A stretch of 64,000 bases of DNA from Schmidtea polychroa (lineage: Eukaryota), in NCBI GenBank assembly GCA_044892525.1, contig CM097886.1, forward strand, positions 36,456,001-36,520,000. The letters are read 5' to 3'. Shown one piece after another: positions 1-13,699 of this stretch. A program made the position numbers and the translations under genes. The notes beneath the pieces were generated by a model that was not told the DNA's origin, made no database searches, and worked only from the letters and a program-made list of their open reading frames with translations. Within the stretch, counting starts at the first letter, position 1; each line of letters starts with the position of its first letter.

Positions 1-2
1 AT

Positions 3-1001
3 AAGCTTCCGTGTGGTCTATTTTTACGTCTCTTCGAATACACTGTTAAGAAAAATCCTGAGCTGGCTCGAATCATTAAAACGATTCCCAAAATTGCCAC
101 GTACACATCACCTCGAATTCAAAATGAAATTATCGCGTTAATGGCATCAATAGTGCAAGAGTCAATTGTTAAGAAGTGCAAGTCTGCGGATGTTGAATAT
201 TTTACTCTGAAGGTGGATGGTACCAAAGATCGAACAGGGACTGAGAATGTGTCGATTGCCATAAGGTTTGTCTCAGCAGGACAACCTCAGGAGCACTTAA
301 TCTGCATTTCCCGAACAATTGCTCTCAATGCAGAGGCCTTCACAGATGTAATTTTGACAACCTTGAAAGAGGCTCAGTTGGATCCTAAAAATATAATTTC
401 CCAATGCTATGATGGAGCCGCTGTTATGTCTGGACAGCATGGTTGGGTGCAGGCCTTGCTTCAGGAGCGTCTACAAATAGAAATTCCGTATGTCCATTGC
501 TTCAACCACAAGTTGCATTTGGTTGTTGTGTGTGCCGTTTCTGAGTGCCAAAAACTGCGGGACTTCTTCGACATATGCAGAAACTTATACACATTTTTGT
601 CATATCCTAAGGTTGCGGTCATATATCAAGGCGATAAATTGACACGGCTCATGGAACATCGTTGGACAGGACACTTGCAGACGACTCAGGCAATAACAAC
701 TAATTATGATACAATTGTGAATTTGCTTGAGATGTGTTCTAGTAGACATTCTCACTTTTCAATTGATATTCAATTGGAAGCTACTGGACTCTTGCATCGA
801 GTCAATGAAGTGGAGTTTCAGTTCATTGCACACATGGTGCTCTCATTGCTGACTATCCTTGAAACAGCCAACAATAGCTTGCAGGGTCAAGCAATGGACC
901 TTTCTTCAGCATGTGATGTTATGGATGCCGTCATAGAGCGCATTCGCAGCCTACGCAATGAAGAGGAATTCCAAGTTCTTTTTGGGATCTTTATAGTATA
1001 A
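3..1001 (+). pseudogene. hAT-superfamily transposase fragment (ZMYM1/DUF4371-like), runs off the window start and is truncated at the 3' end
   Basis: Frame is open from base 3: YTSPRIQNEII, then FTLKVDGTKD, SQCYDGAAVMSG, YVHCFNHKLHL and EHRW, all typical hAT motifs. The C-terminal dimerization domain is absent, and Gypsy sequence follows. Confidence 0.85.
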
Positions 1002-1004
1002 CTG

Positions 1005-2415
1005 ATGCATCTAGAACAGGAAATTGACGATATGATAAAGGAGTTAACAAACGCTGGAGTTATAAGACGCTGTAAAAGTCCATGGAGCTCCCCATTGGTT
1101 GTAATAGGAAAGAAAGACGGCTCAATAAGAATGTGTGAAGATTATCAAGTTGAATAAGATGACAGAAAGAGAATCTTTCCCTATGCCCAACATATCCCAA
1201 TTACTCGATAACCTATCAGAATCTAAATTCTTTTCTTCTTTAGATCTTGGACAGGCATACTATCAGGTCGCATTAGCAGAAGAAGCACAAGAAAAAACGG
1301 CTTCTAGTTCCAAAGAAGGTCAATTTTGTTTCAATCGACTTCCATTTGGATTATCAACGGCTCCAGCAACATTTCAGCGATTAATGCACACGATGTTAGA
1401 GGGTATATTGTTTAATGGAGCAATTGTTTATTTAGACGATATTCTGGTATATGGCCAGGACCAGTCTGAACATGATGAGCGATTGCGAGAAGTTTTCAAA
1501 AGAATAAAAAAAACAGGGCTAAGAATAAATCCGGAGAAGTGCGAAATTTACAAAACCAAATTAAAATTCCTTGGTCACACCGTCACATGTACAACATAAA
1601 CAAGAAAGATCAAGAGTAAGATATATCAATTTGATACAAAAAACATAGATAATGTTAGAAATTATGGAAGAACAGAAGAAAGTTAAATTGTTCCAGGAAG
1701 TGATGGAAATTCTTAAGAATCAGATAGATGTTCGGAAGGAATCGTTTCTAAATAGTTTTTTATTCAGATATAAAGATCGGTTAAAGATATCGCATGATAT
1801 GCTTGTATTGGAATCAGACAAAATAGATCTAGTGATAATCCAAAAAAGCTATCAATCTAAACTAGTGATTAAAATACATGAAGATTTATGTCTTGTTGGA
1901 ATTAAGAAATTGTTTCATTATTTGGAAGGGATTATTTTCTGGCTGAAAATGCAAGAAACAGTTAAACAGTTAAAGAGATAGTTAAACGATGTGTCACGTG
2001 TGCAAGAAGGAAAATAGACCAATGGAAATTTTAATTCCACACGAAAGTTCTGAATTTCTAGAACAGATTGTGATGGATGTTGCTTTCATGGAGAGAACTT
2101 CAACCGACAAAAAATATGTTATCATTATTATTGATAGGTTTAGCAAATTAGTAAGTCTAACGGCTACATCAAACCAAGATGAAAAAAACTATTTTGAAGA
2201 CGCTAATGAACAATTGGATTTACAAATATGGTAAACCTCAAAGTATATTGACAGACAGAAGGCGAAATTTTGAAAGTAAATATTTTAAGGAAAAATTAGA
2301 ACAACTTGGAATAAAGCAAGAATTCGCCTCGCCATATCAACATCAGTCGAATGGCTTAGTGGAAAGAGCTATCAGAACAATGAGAGATTTACTTGTGACG
2401 ACGATGAAATATTAA
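1005..2415 (+). mobile_element. Degenerate Ty3/Gypsy pol: RT, then an internal deletion, then the integrase zinc-binding and core domains
   Basis: SPWSSPLVV, LDLGQAYYQV, LPFGLSTAPATFQR, YLDD and FLGH mark RT. IIDRFSKL, TDRRRNF and PYQHQSNGLVERAIRT mark integrase. Several frameshifts and stops; no RNase H motifs between the two parts. Confidence 0.88.
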
Positions 2416-4397
2416 TAAATCTTTAGATGGAACCAATTGTTGTAACTAACATGATTTCACAGTTTTCCCTGCGACCGAGTTATCTTTGACAGCTGTCGCA
2501 ATATTTTATAATTTTTTCTTTTGCGGCTCCAGCCTATTTTTGTTTTGTTTCCCTTATCTCTGACAAGCTGTCGAGATAAGAATATTGTTGTTTTTCCGTT
2601 TTACCGATTTCGAAATTCCTTTTCCCTTTTTGTACTAATTAATTAGGGCTGACCTTTGTTTTTGCTTTCATGTCTGATTTCTTTTGTTTCATTCCTCTTT
2701 CTCATTTCTCATTTCTTTTTACTTTCGCTAGTCAAAAAATTAGTACACAAGTATCTCGCATAGATGAAAAAGCTAAAGTTAAAAGACAAAAGATTATTTA
2801 GCGACTAATTTTACAGTTCATGGTACAATAAATGCTATATTATGTCGTGTGGTTGATGGATTTCCAACGGGTATTCGACGTATGACTCTTGACGGAATTA
2901 TAGAAATGGTAGCAATAACGAAAACATTGACCTTCGAGAACTCTATTTTGATGGCGGAGGTAGTTCGCTATGCTGGTCTCATCAATGATGTCATATTTGG
3001 ACAGTCGATAGAAGTTGTCAATGTGGACAACTTTGTTGCAATTTTAACTTTGGGTATATAATGTGAAAGAGTAAATGCTTACAAATTTCGATAAAGAAAT
3101 CATAGTGTAGATTTTAAATGGTTGGTTGAGTGTATACAGTAGAACTCTATTGGTACTAACGGAATTAAACAAAGAAAAAATGCGGCTATTTATTATTTTC
3201 AATAAATCGAACTAATATCACATGGGGATGATGATGTTAATTTAGAAACATTCAGCCATTGACAGCGATTTGGAAATGAATTATTTTTTCATTTTTGAGT
3301 ATCGTATAAAAATTATTATTTTATTTTATAACATGTAAATCACGATCCATTAAAGAAATTTAAAACATCACAAGTTACACTGGAAATAAGAAATGAAAGT
3401 AAAGTTTCATGACAAGCGAAAATACTCAAATATGAAATGTTTTATTAATGATGAAAAATAACTCATAAGTTGCATGGTTCACATTTCAAAGAAGTTCCAG
3501 AAATAAACAATTACGATCGACCAAAATTATTGCAAAAGCACTTAAAAAACAGTGCCTAAAAATTCGTGTTAAATAAAAAACATCAATATAAATGTCTTAA
3601 AAAATAAATGTATTTGGCGATTACTTTATTTATTAATAGTTAAAAATATATCTAACTTAAATTTTAGCGAAATAATTCCATATAAATGCATAAAATATCA
3701 TAAATTTCCTAAAAACACCTGAAATTTAATTATCAATATTTTATATTATAAATGATGACTACAAATAATATTTAAGAGCTTGAATAATGATCACATAATT
3801 ATATAAAATCAAAATTCAAGTCTTAAAAGTTACTTAAAATTAAAAAACTTACCTGAAAACGAATTTTCAAAAATGAAGTTAAGTAATAATTTTCACATAA
3901 ATAGTGACTCACATCAACTGGTGTGCACACCAACGTATATTATAAACAATTTTAACTTTCGGAATTAGGTGTATTAAATTTCGGAACAATAAATTTCTAC
4001 ACAGGTAAGTTTGTGTGTTCCTATATTATAAATTTATTGATTTTTTTAGATCATAGAAGTTACTAAATTTCGGAATTAGATGTATTTTTAGCATATTAAT
4101 GAAAATACACTTAGCACGTTGTGCATAAAATTTCCATTGGTAGGCATTTCTTCTATTCCTGTAGTAGAGTCAATGCACTCACTAATGGGTATTTCGAACC
4201 ATGATTTTATTGTCACATGTCAAGCAATGAGCACCATTTACACTGAATCTGTATTTAAATCCATTTATGATATTTCGACGAGTTAATTATCTATAAAATA
4301 GGTACATGACACAAAACTGAAATGCTATATTTAACAAATTTTTCATCAAGCACTTGTGCAAAAAAAGTAAAATATTCACAATGGGAATCACCTAAAC

Positions 4398-4776
4398 CAG
4401 GGCTTCTTTAACTTTTTTATGTAGCGACCCCCCTCAAGCCTAGAAATTTTAAACGACCCTTTCCTCCATGTAATGAAATTTATATAGACCGTAGATGTAG
4501 GTGTAATATCGATACATTGTAGAATCCACCGAATAGATTTTGATTTCAACGTAAAACTATAATTTTAGTTAAGATCAGATAGAAAATTAATTTGCCGCCT
4601 TTTTCAAAACTAGTTATAATAAAACTACAATAATATTTTATATGATTTTTATTTATATTTATATTTGTACGTAGTGTGTATACTAATTCTAAAAATTTAT
4701 TTATAATGACTCAAAAGTAGCAGATCTTTGCGACCCCCTTTCAGTAGTCTCGCGACCCACAGTCTAAGAAGCCCTG
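4398..4776. mobile_element. hAT-type MITE
   Basis: Termini CAGGGCTTCTT...AAGAAGCCCTG, flanked by a perfect 8-bp TSD, ACCTAAAC (4390-4397 and 4777-4784). Confidence 0.88.
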
Positions 4777-6330
4777 ACCTAAACAATACAGAACATAATA
4801 AAATTAAAATCAAGAAAAAGTTTCCTTATATTTAACCCTTAAATACTTAAATGAATTTTGTTACACGAAACGCAGAGGCCCCCTAGTATAAATTCAATGT
4901 AAATAAAAAGAATTTTATAAGAGAACTTACGCGTTTTTTCACTCATGAAAGAACAACATCGTCAATTCAAATTTTACCAAAAATCCAACAATACAGCTCA
5001 ACACTCGTTTTAACAAATGCTAATGCTTTGGTAAAGAGAAAAATCTAATGCTTCATAAATTGTGTAATTTTTCAATTTGTTGTTTTTGATCTTAATTTTT
5101 TTGTTCACTAAAATGTTGAAATGATTTGTAAGAGATTCTTAAGGTTCTAATAAGACGAATAATTACAAAAAATTCATTGTCAAATTTTTTAAAAAATTTA
5201 TTGTCAAGGTTGAGATTCGTGTGATTATAGGTTTTGTTATTACTCATATATGATTAGGGTTATCACCTCTCCTGGTTTCAGTGAGTTATTTCCGGGCTAA
5301 ACTATTATTTCTCCGACGACTTGAGTAAAATTGAATATGCACAAAATTATGTCAACTCCTTCTCGCGGCAGCCGTTACAACTAACACGCTTTCGCTCCAA
5401 GACATCACTACTGCGGAGACGATCGACGCGCACATTCGATTGCACCGTTCATATTTGCACGACGCACGAAATCACGTGGACAGAGAATCTCTTTTGTATC
5501 TGTTCAGTCAGTGCTACATTGATGAGTCTAGTCTGATAATCCGTGTTGATTGATGATAAATGGTAAGTTATATTTATAGTTACTTTACGCGTAATTAAAT
5601 TGATAATGATTTTAATATGCTGATAGAAAATTTATTCTATTAATTATAGTGCAGGCTAGGGTAATCTCCGGGGGAGACCCAGATCTGAGGTGACAACCAT
5701 ATATTACTCACATGGTCATCAACGTGTTATGATTATGGAAATTGAATTATTTATTTTTAAAAAATATCATAATTTATTATCCAAACAATTTCTGTCACTC
5801 TGTTAAATGAAATTTATCATTGAAATTATTCAACTAGTCGTAACTCAAAACTATTATCAAACTGTTATGCAAAATTATGGTTCTGATACATTGTTAAAAA
5901 TTACGTAAGAAAGAAGACATTCAATTATATATATTTTAAAAACAAATAGAATTGAAATCTCTGGTTTCGATAGCACGAATAAATCAAACTAGCAAAAGCA
6001 GTCAATTGAATCCCGGTATTAAAAATGTGAGTTTATTGAGAGTATCGGTAGTAGTAGTCCTATCCAATCTTTCAGATCCTTCAAAAATCCCAATCAAAGG
6101 AACAATTGAGCACATTAAATAATCCAATAGGGTCGATTCTATTCCAAGTGTTCCTACCGCACCCTGAAAATTAAATTTATATTTTTTTTTCTTTCGAATA
6201 TCGAAGATACTTGATGTGAAGCTATTTGAACAGACAATTTACTCATTCCTTCTCCAACCGTTTTTAAATAACACGCCAAATCCACCAGGTTGTGATCAGT
6301 TAGCTATATTTACAAAACATCGATCAATTC

Positions 6331-6657
6331 CTATCTTATCCCATCATATAAATTATTAACTTTTGCTTTATCAATGTTTTCCTCCGCTTTTTTTAATGCG
6401 ACTCTTCGTTTTTCTTTTTTAGAGGAATCTTCAATAATTTCATTTTTACGTTTATTGTCAATTTGTTTTTTAATCTGTTTTGCTTTTATTTCCCAATCCC
6501 TTTTATTTCTATCGGGCATTGTTGCCCAGTTTTCTTGGATTTTCTTATAAGATTGATTATCTTGAACTTGGGCTTCCGACTTCTTTTTACTAACAATATT
6601 ATACAAAATATATCCTGTCACACGCGTGTATCTTTCCAGCTCCTTCAAATGTATCAT
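6331..6657 (-). CDS. Lys-rich ORF with a possible HMG-box-like segment; origin unclear
   Basis: TGYILY...KKIQENWATMPDRNKRDWEIKAK resembles HMG-box helices 1 and 3. No flanking context confirms a gene. Confidence 0.3.
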   Translation of the reverse strand: MIHLKELERYTRVTGYILYNIVSKKKSEAQVQDNQSYKKIQENWATMPDRNKRDWEIKAKQIKKQIDNKRKNEIIEDSSKKEKRRVALKKAEENIDKAKVNNLYDGIR

Positions 6658-7627
6658 AAAACTGTACTTAAGACATCAGTGAAAACTTTACTTCCATATT
6701 TACACCAAGTCCAATCACATCTTTGATTGTTTCAAGAGATTTATTGACTTTAGAGACAAGGCTTTGATTTTTAGTCTCAATTTTCATTTTAAATCGTTCT
6801 AAAATAAAAAATTTCCAAGTTATGGAAAACTTCTGTGAAATTATATCTTAGCAATCCATTAAAAAAGTTTCGGAGTATGACATATGAATAATATATGAAT
6901 TTAAAATTAACTATCATTAGTTGTTTGAATATTTGTATAGATTTATTAATATCTATTAATATAGATTTTGAATTTAGGTTCATTTAATTATTCTTTAAAT
7001 GTAAATATAACATGGCATCTGATTTGATTTTAATGAAGAAAATTTTGAATTTTGGGAAATGTGAGAAAAATGTCCTGATAAATATAGAAGAGCATTTACA
7101 GAAGATAATAGAATTAAAGATCTAAAAATCAATCTTTTAGAAGTTCTTCAAATGACAAAATAACCCACAAAATAGGGTGTATCGTATGTGAAAAATATGT
7201 AAAATTCAAAAAATTAGTAATTTATTGATTGTCATGTAAATAACTTGTAAAAGCACAGTGGATTTTACTAACAGATCAAAAATTTTTATTAATAATTTGG
7301 CTTTGAAAAATATCGGTGATGCATGAAAATATTTTTAACCTAAATCCTTGAATGAAGTTACCAAAATTAAAGATGATATTCAAGGTGAAAGGAAAATGTC
7401 TCCGGGAAACTTGAGAAAACTTTAACACGTGAAGAAATTAACCAATTAATGGAGCATTATTCAAAACTAGCCTTTGATTTTATAGTTGGAAAACAAACTA
7501 ATTCTAATTAAAACTGGCAAAATAGACGAGCAAAATAAGTTCGATGTTTTGAATACAATAAGTTAGATCATATAAAAAAGAACTCAGTTATACAAATTAT
7601 ATACAATTTTATCAATGTAATAAATAT

Positions 7628-8319
7628 TGTTGAGGATACATAAATAACAAATTTATAAATAAATAAAATTACTAGGGAAAAGATCGTCATGATAAAGGAG
7701 ATGATCTATTGGAACTCGTAGAAAGAAATGAGAAAGATAGATCAAAACAACGAAAGGGGAAAACAGAGCATATCTCGACATCTGTCAGAGATAAGGCTGA
7801 AATAACGTGGAATACAGAGAAGAAAGTAAACAAAATTATCTCAAGTATTGCAAATGGGGCAAGCTATAAAAAAGAAGACACAGAAGTTAAGTTAGCTATA
7901 AGAGAGTTAGAGTTAAATTTAGAGAATAAAGAGAGAAATTAACAAGAGTTAAAAGAAGAATTAAACAGAGTTAAAATAAAGTGAGCCCAAAGTAACAGAA
8001 TTGAACTAGTTGATAAATAATTGATTGGGAGAGTGACGAGAATCATCTATAAAATTGAATTAAAAGTGGAGTGAACAAAGCTGTGGTCAAAGCAAATAGA
8101 ACAATCGATCAACGTACCATGTAATTGAGTTGGTTGACGGTTAGTGATTATTGTTGTTTTTACAGAAACTATACGTAGTGTCGCAATAAGTTCTGTGTAA
8201 TTAATTGGTTGTAATTGCAACTTGTACGATCTATTGTGAAGATTAATAAAGCTTATCTGGTTTGGAAGTTAATTTGTAAATTTATAAAACACACTTTGGA
8301 GTCAACTAAGACTTTAACA
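7628..8319. mobile_element. Solo LTR, copy 1 of a local family
   Basis: Begins TGTTGAGGATA and ends AACA; flanks ATAT/ATAG are a near-match 4-bp TSD. Shares blocks (GCATATCTCGACATCTGTCAGAGATAAGG, TGGTCAAAGC, TTGGAGTCA) with the copies at 49140 and 62241. Confidence 0.6.
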
Positions 8320-8764
8320 ATAGAACTACCAAAAAAATAACTTATTTTAACTAGTGTGGTATAAGTAGCCAAAGTAAAAAAAACTTTATTCCTGGTCAAG
8401 TTGCTGATGAGTTAGATTAAGAATCTTCTGAATATATAGGATTGTATATTTATTCCAAGTAGAGAAAATTTTGTTGTAGCTGATTCATTAGTTAATTGTG
8501 GGTTAGAGTTAATAGTGGTAAAACTAAACTAGGTCATATTGAAAATGACTACGACATTGATATGGAATGTGGCGGAGAAATCCTACATAAAATGTCAAAT
8601 ATTTAGTACAGGTAAGTTGGGAATACTCAAGACTCATCATGTTTAAATTAAGACATATTTTAAAATGAGTTGAATTAGAAAAGTATTTGAATAATTACAG
8701 CTTTAGAGATCATCATGGAATTTTCGAGAATAGTAAATGAAAAATTGAGATAAAAATATGCGTA

Positions 8765-8958
8765 CTTTCCGGCTATCTCGACATTATCAAAAAATGAACA
8801 GTTTCAATTATAAAAATCTTTTTAAACCGACCAAGTAATTATATAGTCATAGACATTTACATATAGTCTGCGTTTATCTGACAAAGTATTTTGACCCCTT
8901 AAGGGTTTCAGGTCAATGGGGACTGATCGTTTTTGATGAGGTCGAGATAACCGGAAAG
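8765..8958. mobile_element. Tc1/mariner-type MITE
   Basis: Imperfect ~40-bp TIRs starting CTTTCCGGYTATCTCGAC, with TA on both flanks. Confidence 0.65.
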
Positions 8959-10877
8959 TACCAAAATATGCATTGATTACATATCGTTAAATGTAAAGAC
9001 AGATCGATATTCCTAATACTAAGAAGCTAAGAAATATTTGACTCAAAAGGAGCACTTTTAGATATATTTTAAATAACGATTTTCTTTCTTAATGCTTCTT
9101 AGACTTTTATATATTATAATATAATTTAAGAGCAATGTAAATAAAATTAAAGAAAAAATCAAGAGGAAAAAAAATTAATTTTAATAAATAGGAAATTTGA
9201 AAATATCGACTAAACCTTTTAGTAAAACTATGCGTTAAAATAATCAATTTTCATGAATTTATGTATTTCGTGGGAACAAAATCCTAATTTATACGTCTGT
9301 AACATAAATAGTGCCAATAAGTAGAAAACTAAAAATGAAAGTTTAAACTTGTTGAAATTGTGTTGTAACAAGAACGAATACGGCTTGTACTGAACCAACC
9401 ATAGAAGCATATTGCATCCTGATATGGGATGTGTTTGAACGAGGCGCAAGCTTTAATATGGTGTCAAGTATCACCTGAATTTCCAATCTCAATAGTACTC
9501 AAGAGCTAACTCCTTGACATATTGAGTGTCGTCTGTAACTCCGGCTGTCATGCATTAAAACGATAAAATATTGCCACTTAATGATTATATCGTGCAACTG
9601 TATGGCGATATTCAACGTTTTAATAATCAATCTAACCAACAGTTCTACAAGTTAATATTTAAATGCAATTATAACCCGATAAATGAACAGGACCGCGGCC
9701 AATAATTTGGAACCTTATTGATTTCATATAAAATATCAAATTAATTCAAAATTAAAATTATGGTTTTTTAATAAATTAAAATAACTGTTTTACCATCATT
9801 CAATAGATCTAAAATTGGTAAATTGGGATCAAATTGTTTTATTGATTTATCATCAAACAATTTTGGAACAACCTACGAATGAATTATCTATGAAAAAGGT
9901 TAAATAATAATTACAAAGTTTGGTTTATTTAGAGTCTCTTGTACATGAGCATAAAATCTTGATCCGGGATCGTCTTTGACTAGTTGTAAAAACATACTAC
10001 ATAATAATGTATGTAAATTAATAAAAACCTTCGACGATTGGAGTAGGTTCTTCTTCAATATTAGAAATACCTAAAATTTAATAGTCAAGTTTAAATTTAG
10101 AAAAAAATTAACATTTTTGTCTAGAACGCTGTTTACCAGGTATAGAATGACTAAGAGATTGAGCAGTCGGTGCCACGATTACTAATTTCCCATCTTTCCA
10201 TGTTAACTCTTGACTATTTCCCTGTGTGCGATTTCTGCGACTCCATCTTGACACTCGATGCCCACCACCATCATAATTTATGCGCTCGTCTTCAATACTC
10301 TCGTCTTCGGAATTGTTGTCAGATTCAATATTAAAATCTCCATCCTCTTCTTCACTTCTGTTTATTAACTTAAGATTGTTATTAACTAGATTTTCATTAA
10401 AATAAATACTAAATACTTCATCGTCAAATTCATCTTCCATTTCAAGAAATTTTGAAGATCTTTTAACCGCTCTGCCACTTCGAGTACGTTCTTTAGAAAA
10501 ATTTTGATGGAAAAAAGTAATATTATAATTAACTAACCCATTTACATAAATTTTTAAAAAAGTTTAACTAATATATTATTTAAACAACTACTTTAATTAT
10601 ACACCTAATTCGGAAATTTAATAACCTATACAATCTATAAAAAAATTTCGAAATTAGGTCTATAATAAATATTTCGTTTGGTATTACAACTAATTCTATA
10701 TCATGTGATGTAGCAAATTTATGTTGGCAATTTACATAAAAAAGTAACAAAAAATGAATAAAATATTATACATTTAAATAAATTTAATTTTAACTTCACG
10801 TTAAAAATAATAACAACTCCTGTCTAATTTCATTGCATCAGTCAAAAACTTAAAGATTTGAATGTAATATACTAGAA

Positions 10878-11150
10878 CAGCGATTCCCAAACTTTTAAAA
10901 TCTTTTTAATGGCAATAATATAATTTTTTGAGATGTCTCACGGTATCCTTAAAATTTCAAATTGATTTTATTTAATTAAAAATTTTTTCAGAAAACTTAA
11001 ATTGATTGTATTTGTTTAGTCAGAATCGGGTAGTCAATGTTTGGTTTGGTTTTGGATAAAGTCATTATTATGATATCGTTTTCCTCTAATCTGTTTCTGT
11101 ATTTTCAAAAAAGAAAAAGAAATATGTAGACCCCAGTTGGGGAACCACTA
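10878..11150. mobile_element. hAT-type MITE
   Basis: Termini CAGCGATTCCCAAAC / GTTGGGGAACCACTA with a perfect 8-bp TSD, TACTAGAA. Confidence 0.82.
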
Positions 11151-12479
11151 TACTAGAAGATAATACCAATTGACGGGTTTGGAATAAGGAAACATTTCAT
11201 TACAGTACTTGTCTTATTCTGTCAAAGCTTTTATTACATCTCTTTTCCGCTCGAAAACGCGTATAAATATTTAGTTGACCAATAAACACACATCGAAAGC
11301 AACGTTGATAATGCAATTTAGTTTGTCTGTCAAAAAATAGTGAGCCCTTCATAAGGACTGTTAATGGTTGGACGGGCCTTTGAGTTCATGATCTTGCATT
11401 AGAAAGTGTAGCGCTCTATTTCCTCTTGACCTCCCATAGTTTTATTATTCACCTTAACTTGTCGTCAATTTTTATTCTGACTTTTGTGTTCAAAATTTTT
11501 ACTTAATGAGATTTTAAAGAATTCGAAATACACAATAGTGCGATCAGTGATTTCTGTTGAAAATTTTACGATTACGTGACAAAATGTATAGAACTAATCC
11601 AAATTACGAAAATCTTTTTAGCAGTCTCTTTCAAATTACTTTCCACTCGAATTCGTTAGAAATTATGTCGAGAAATTCAAACTCTCTCTTTGCTTCAAAA
11701 TGATACAAATGATACAGAATTCGATTTGGTGCGGTTTTATGCTTATGTTTTTCGAAGCGTAAAAATTAATTCTCAAATCTCCAGTTCTAGCTCAACAACT
11801 TCCAAATTTCCAATTTCTAACTTTTTTACTGTTATTAATATTTGGCAGATTCAAAGACTTAGTGGTATAGCTTAGTTGATATGTTTTAAAGGATACTAGA
11901 CCTAAAAATTCTGTTTCATAAAACTTTATTTTTTTGAATTTTTAAGACTATCTAACATAATATGATTTTAAACTTCACAATCAAAGATCTTTCACAACTA
12001 AAAGCATTAACCCCGCTTCGAATTTTCCTGGGGAAAATATACTTATGTCACAAGTTTATCCCGCATATATCAGGAACTCTCGCTCCATTACCCACACAAT
12101 CTGATTACTCAAGTATGCTCCAATCATATTGAATATTACAGGTGTTCATTCCTTTTCCATAATAAAACTATTCTTAACATATTATAAATAAATAAATCGA
12201 TATCTAATTCTTTTGGTAAATACAACTTTATTTTATTTTTCCATGGTTGTTAAACAAACTAAATTAACCAAAAAAAATTATACATTATAATTTCTTACAT
12301 TTTTACATTTTATTTACAAAAACTAATTAAATTCTTTTTATTTGATGGACTGTCTTACACAATTTAATTTATGCCGGCTTTTAGCGTAAGTTAAACATTT
12401 GAGATTTTTTCACAATAGCCTAAAAAGGTCTTCTCGTAGCATCTAGACTCTAGCCTACCAACCTTCTAGTGATTGACTC

Positions 12480-12600
12480 ATGCTAACTAGAGAGGTTTCT
12501 GACATTGTCATTGGTCCAGTTATGTGCCAAGAACAGAAAGAAATTAATAAACCACTGAAATTCTTTTCAAGAAAACCCATCGATCGTGAAAAGTCTAGAA
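12480..12600 (+). pseudogene. Possible Gypsy RNase H remnant
   Basis: Broken reading SDIVIGPVMCQEQ...FSRK resembles the DASxxxIGAVLxQ...FxSRK motif. Short and disrupted. Confidence 0.35.
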
Positions 12601-12734
12601 GAGTCGATCAAATATTTCAAACTTTTTCTTGATGTCGCAATTTTAAAATCAAAACTGACCACAAACATCTATTACACAGAAACTTCCTTGCCTCTCATTC
12701 TTTTGTCATTAATCTAAAAAAAACATGGATATAA

Positions 12735-13699
12735 TTTTTCACAAATTGGAAATATGGATGAAACTCCAATGACCTTTGATCTGCCTGGAAATCAAACATT
12801 TGATTCAGTTGGAGCAAAAACAATCATGATCAAAACAACAGGCCATGAAAGAACACATTTTACCGTTGTGTTGGCTTGCATGACAGATGGAGTAAAATTT
12901 AAGCCCGTTGTCATCTTTAAACGAAAAACTCTTCCTAAGGGTAACAAATTCCAACCCGTAGTTATTGTTCAAGCACATCCTAAAGGATGGATGGATGAGA
13001 AAGGAACATAATCTTGGAAAAGCAACGTCTGGAACAAAAGGCCGGGAGGGATGCTCAATAAAAGATCAATGTTGGCATGGGACATGTTCCGTGCTCATCT
13101 TACAGATGGTTGTAAGAAAACAGCAGCTAACCTTAAAACCGACCTTGCTGTTATTCCAGGAGCTCAACAAACCTTTTAAAGATCGAGTTCGCAAGATGTG
13201 GGCTGAATGGATGAGTTCCGGTTCAGCAACTCTCACTAAAAGTGGCTATTTACAGAAACCCGATATAACTCTTGTAGCTGGTTGGGTTGATGAAGCTTGG
13301 AAATCGATCCCAGAAGAAATAATCAAATATTCATTTCTTAAATGTGGCATCAGCAATGCTATGGATGGAACTGAAGATGATGTTTTGTTCGTAGACGATT
13401 CTGATGATCAAGCAGATGTTGAAGTTTACTCTGAAGATAATGATCACACAGATGACCATGTTGGAGATGTTTCAGAGGAGGTCTACAATGAAGTTTTTGA
13501 CGACTAATCAAACAATCACAATTTATTCATCCTATTAAAAATATTTTGTGTCATTATTTTTCAATAAATTTTTTCAATTTTTTTGTTTAATTTTTTACTT
13601 CGACTTATACCTGGGTTTCCAAATTAGGACTTAAAAACCTCTTAAAATTTTCACTTCGACTTATACTAGGGGTCAACTTATACGCGACTATTTACGGTA
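12735..13699 (+). mobile_element. pogo/Tigger-like transposon 3' fragment (DDE_1 transposase pseudogene plus right TIR)
   Basis: QIGNMDETP, KTTGHERTHFTVVLAC, HPKGWMD and SFLKCGISNAMDGTEDD. Frameshifted; acidic tail; repeated CGACTTATAC; ends TTTACGG-TA. Confidence 0.85.

Noticed and set aside
10108-10500. Acidic 110-aa ORF as a piggyBac N-terminus, retroelement tail or host exon
   Set aside because: It is low-complexity acidic sequence. An upstream TRSGR motif is suggestive, but no catalytic domain follows, so it cannot be assigned.
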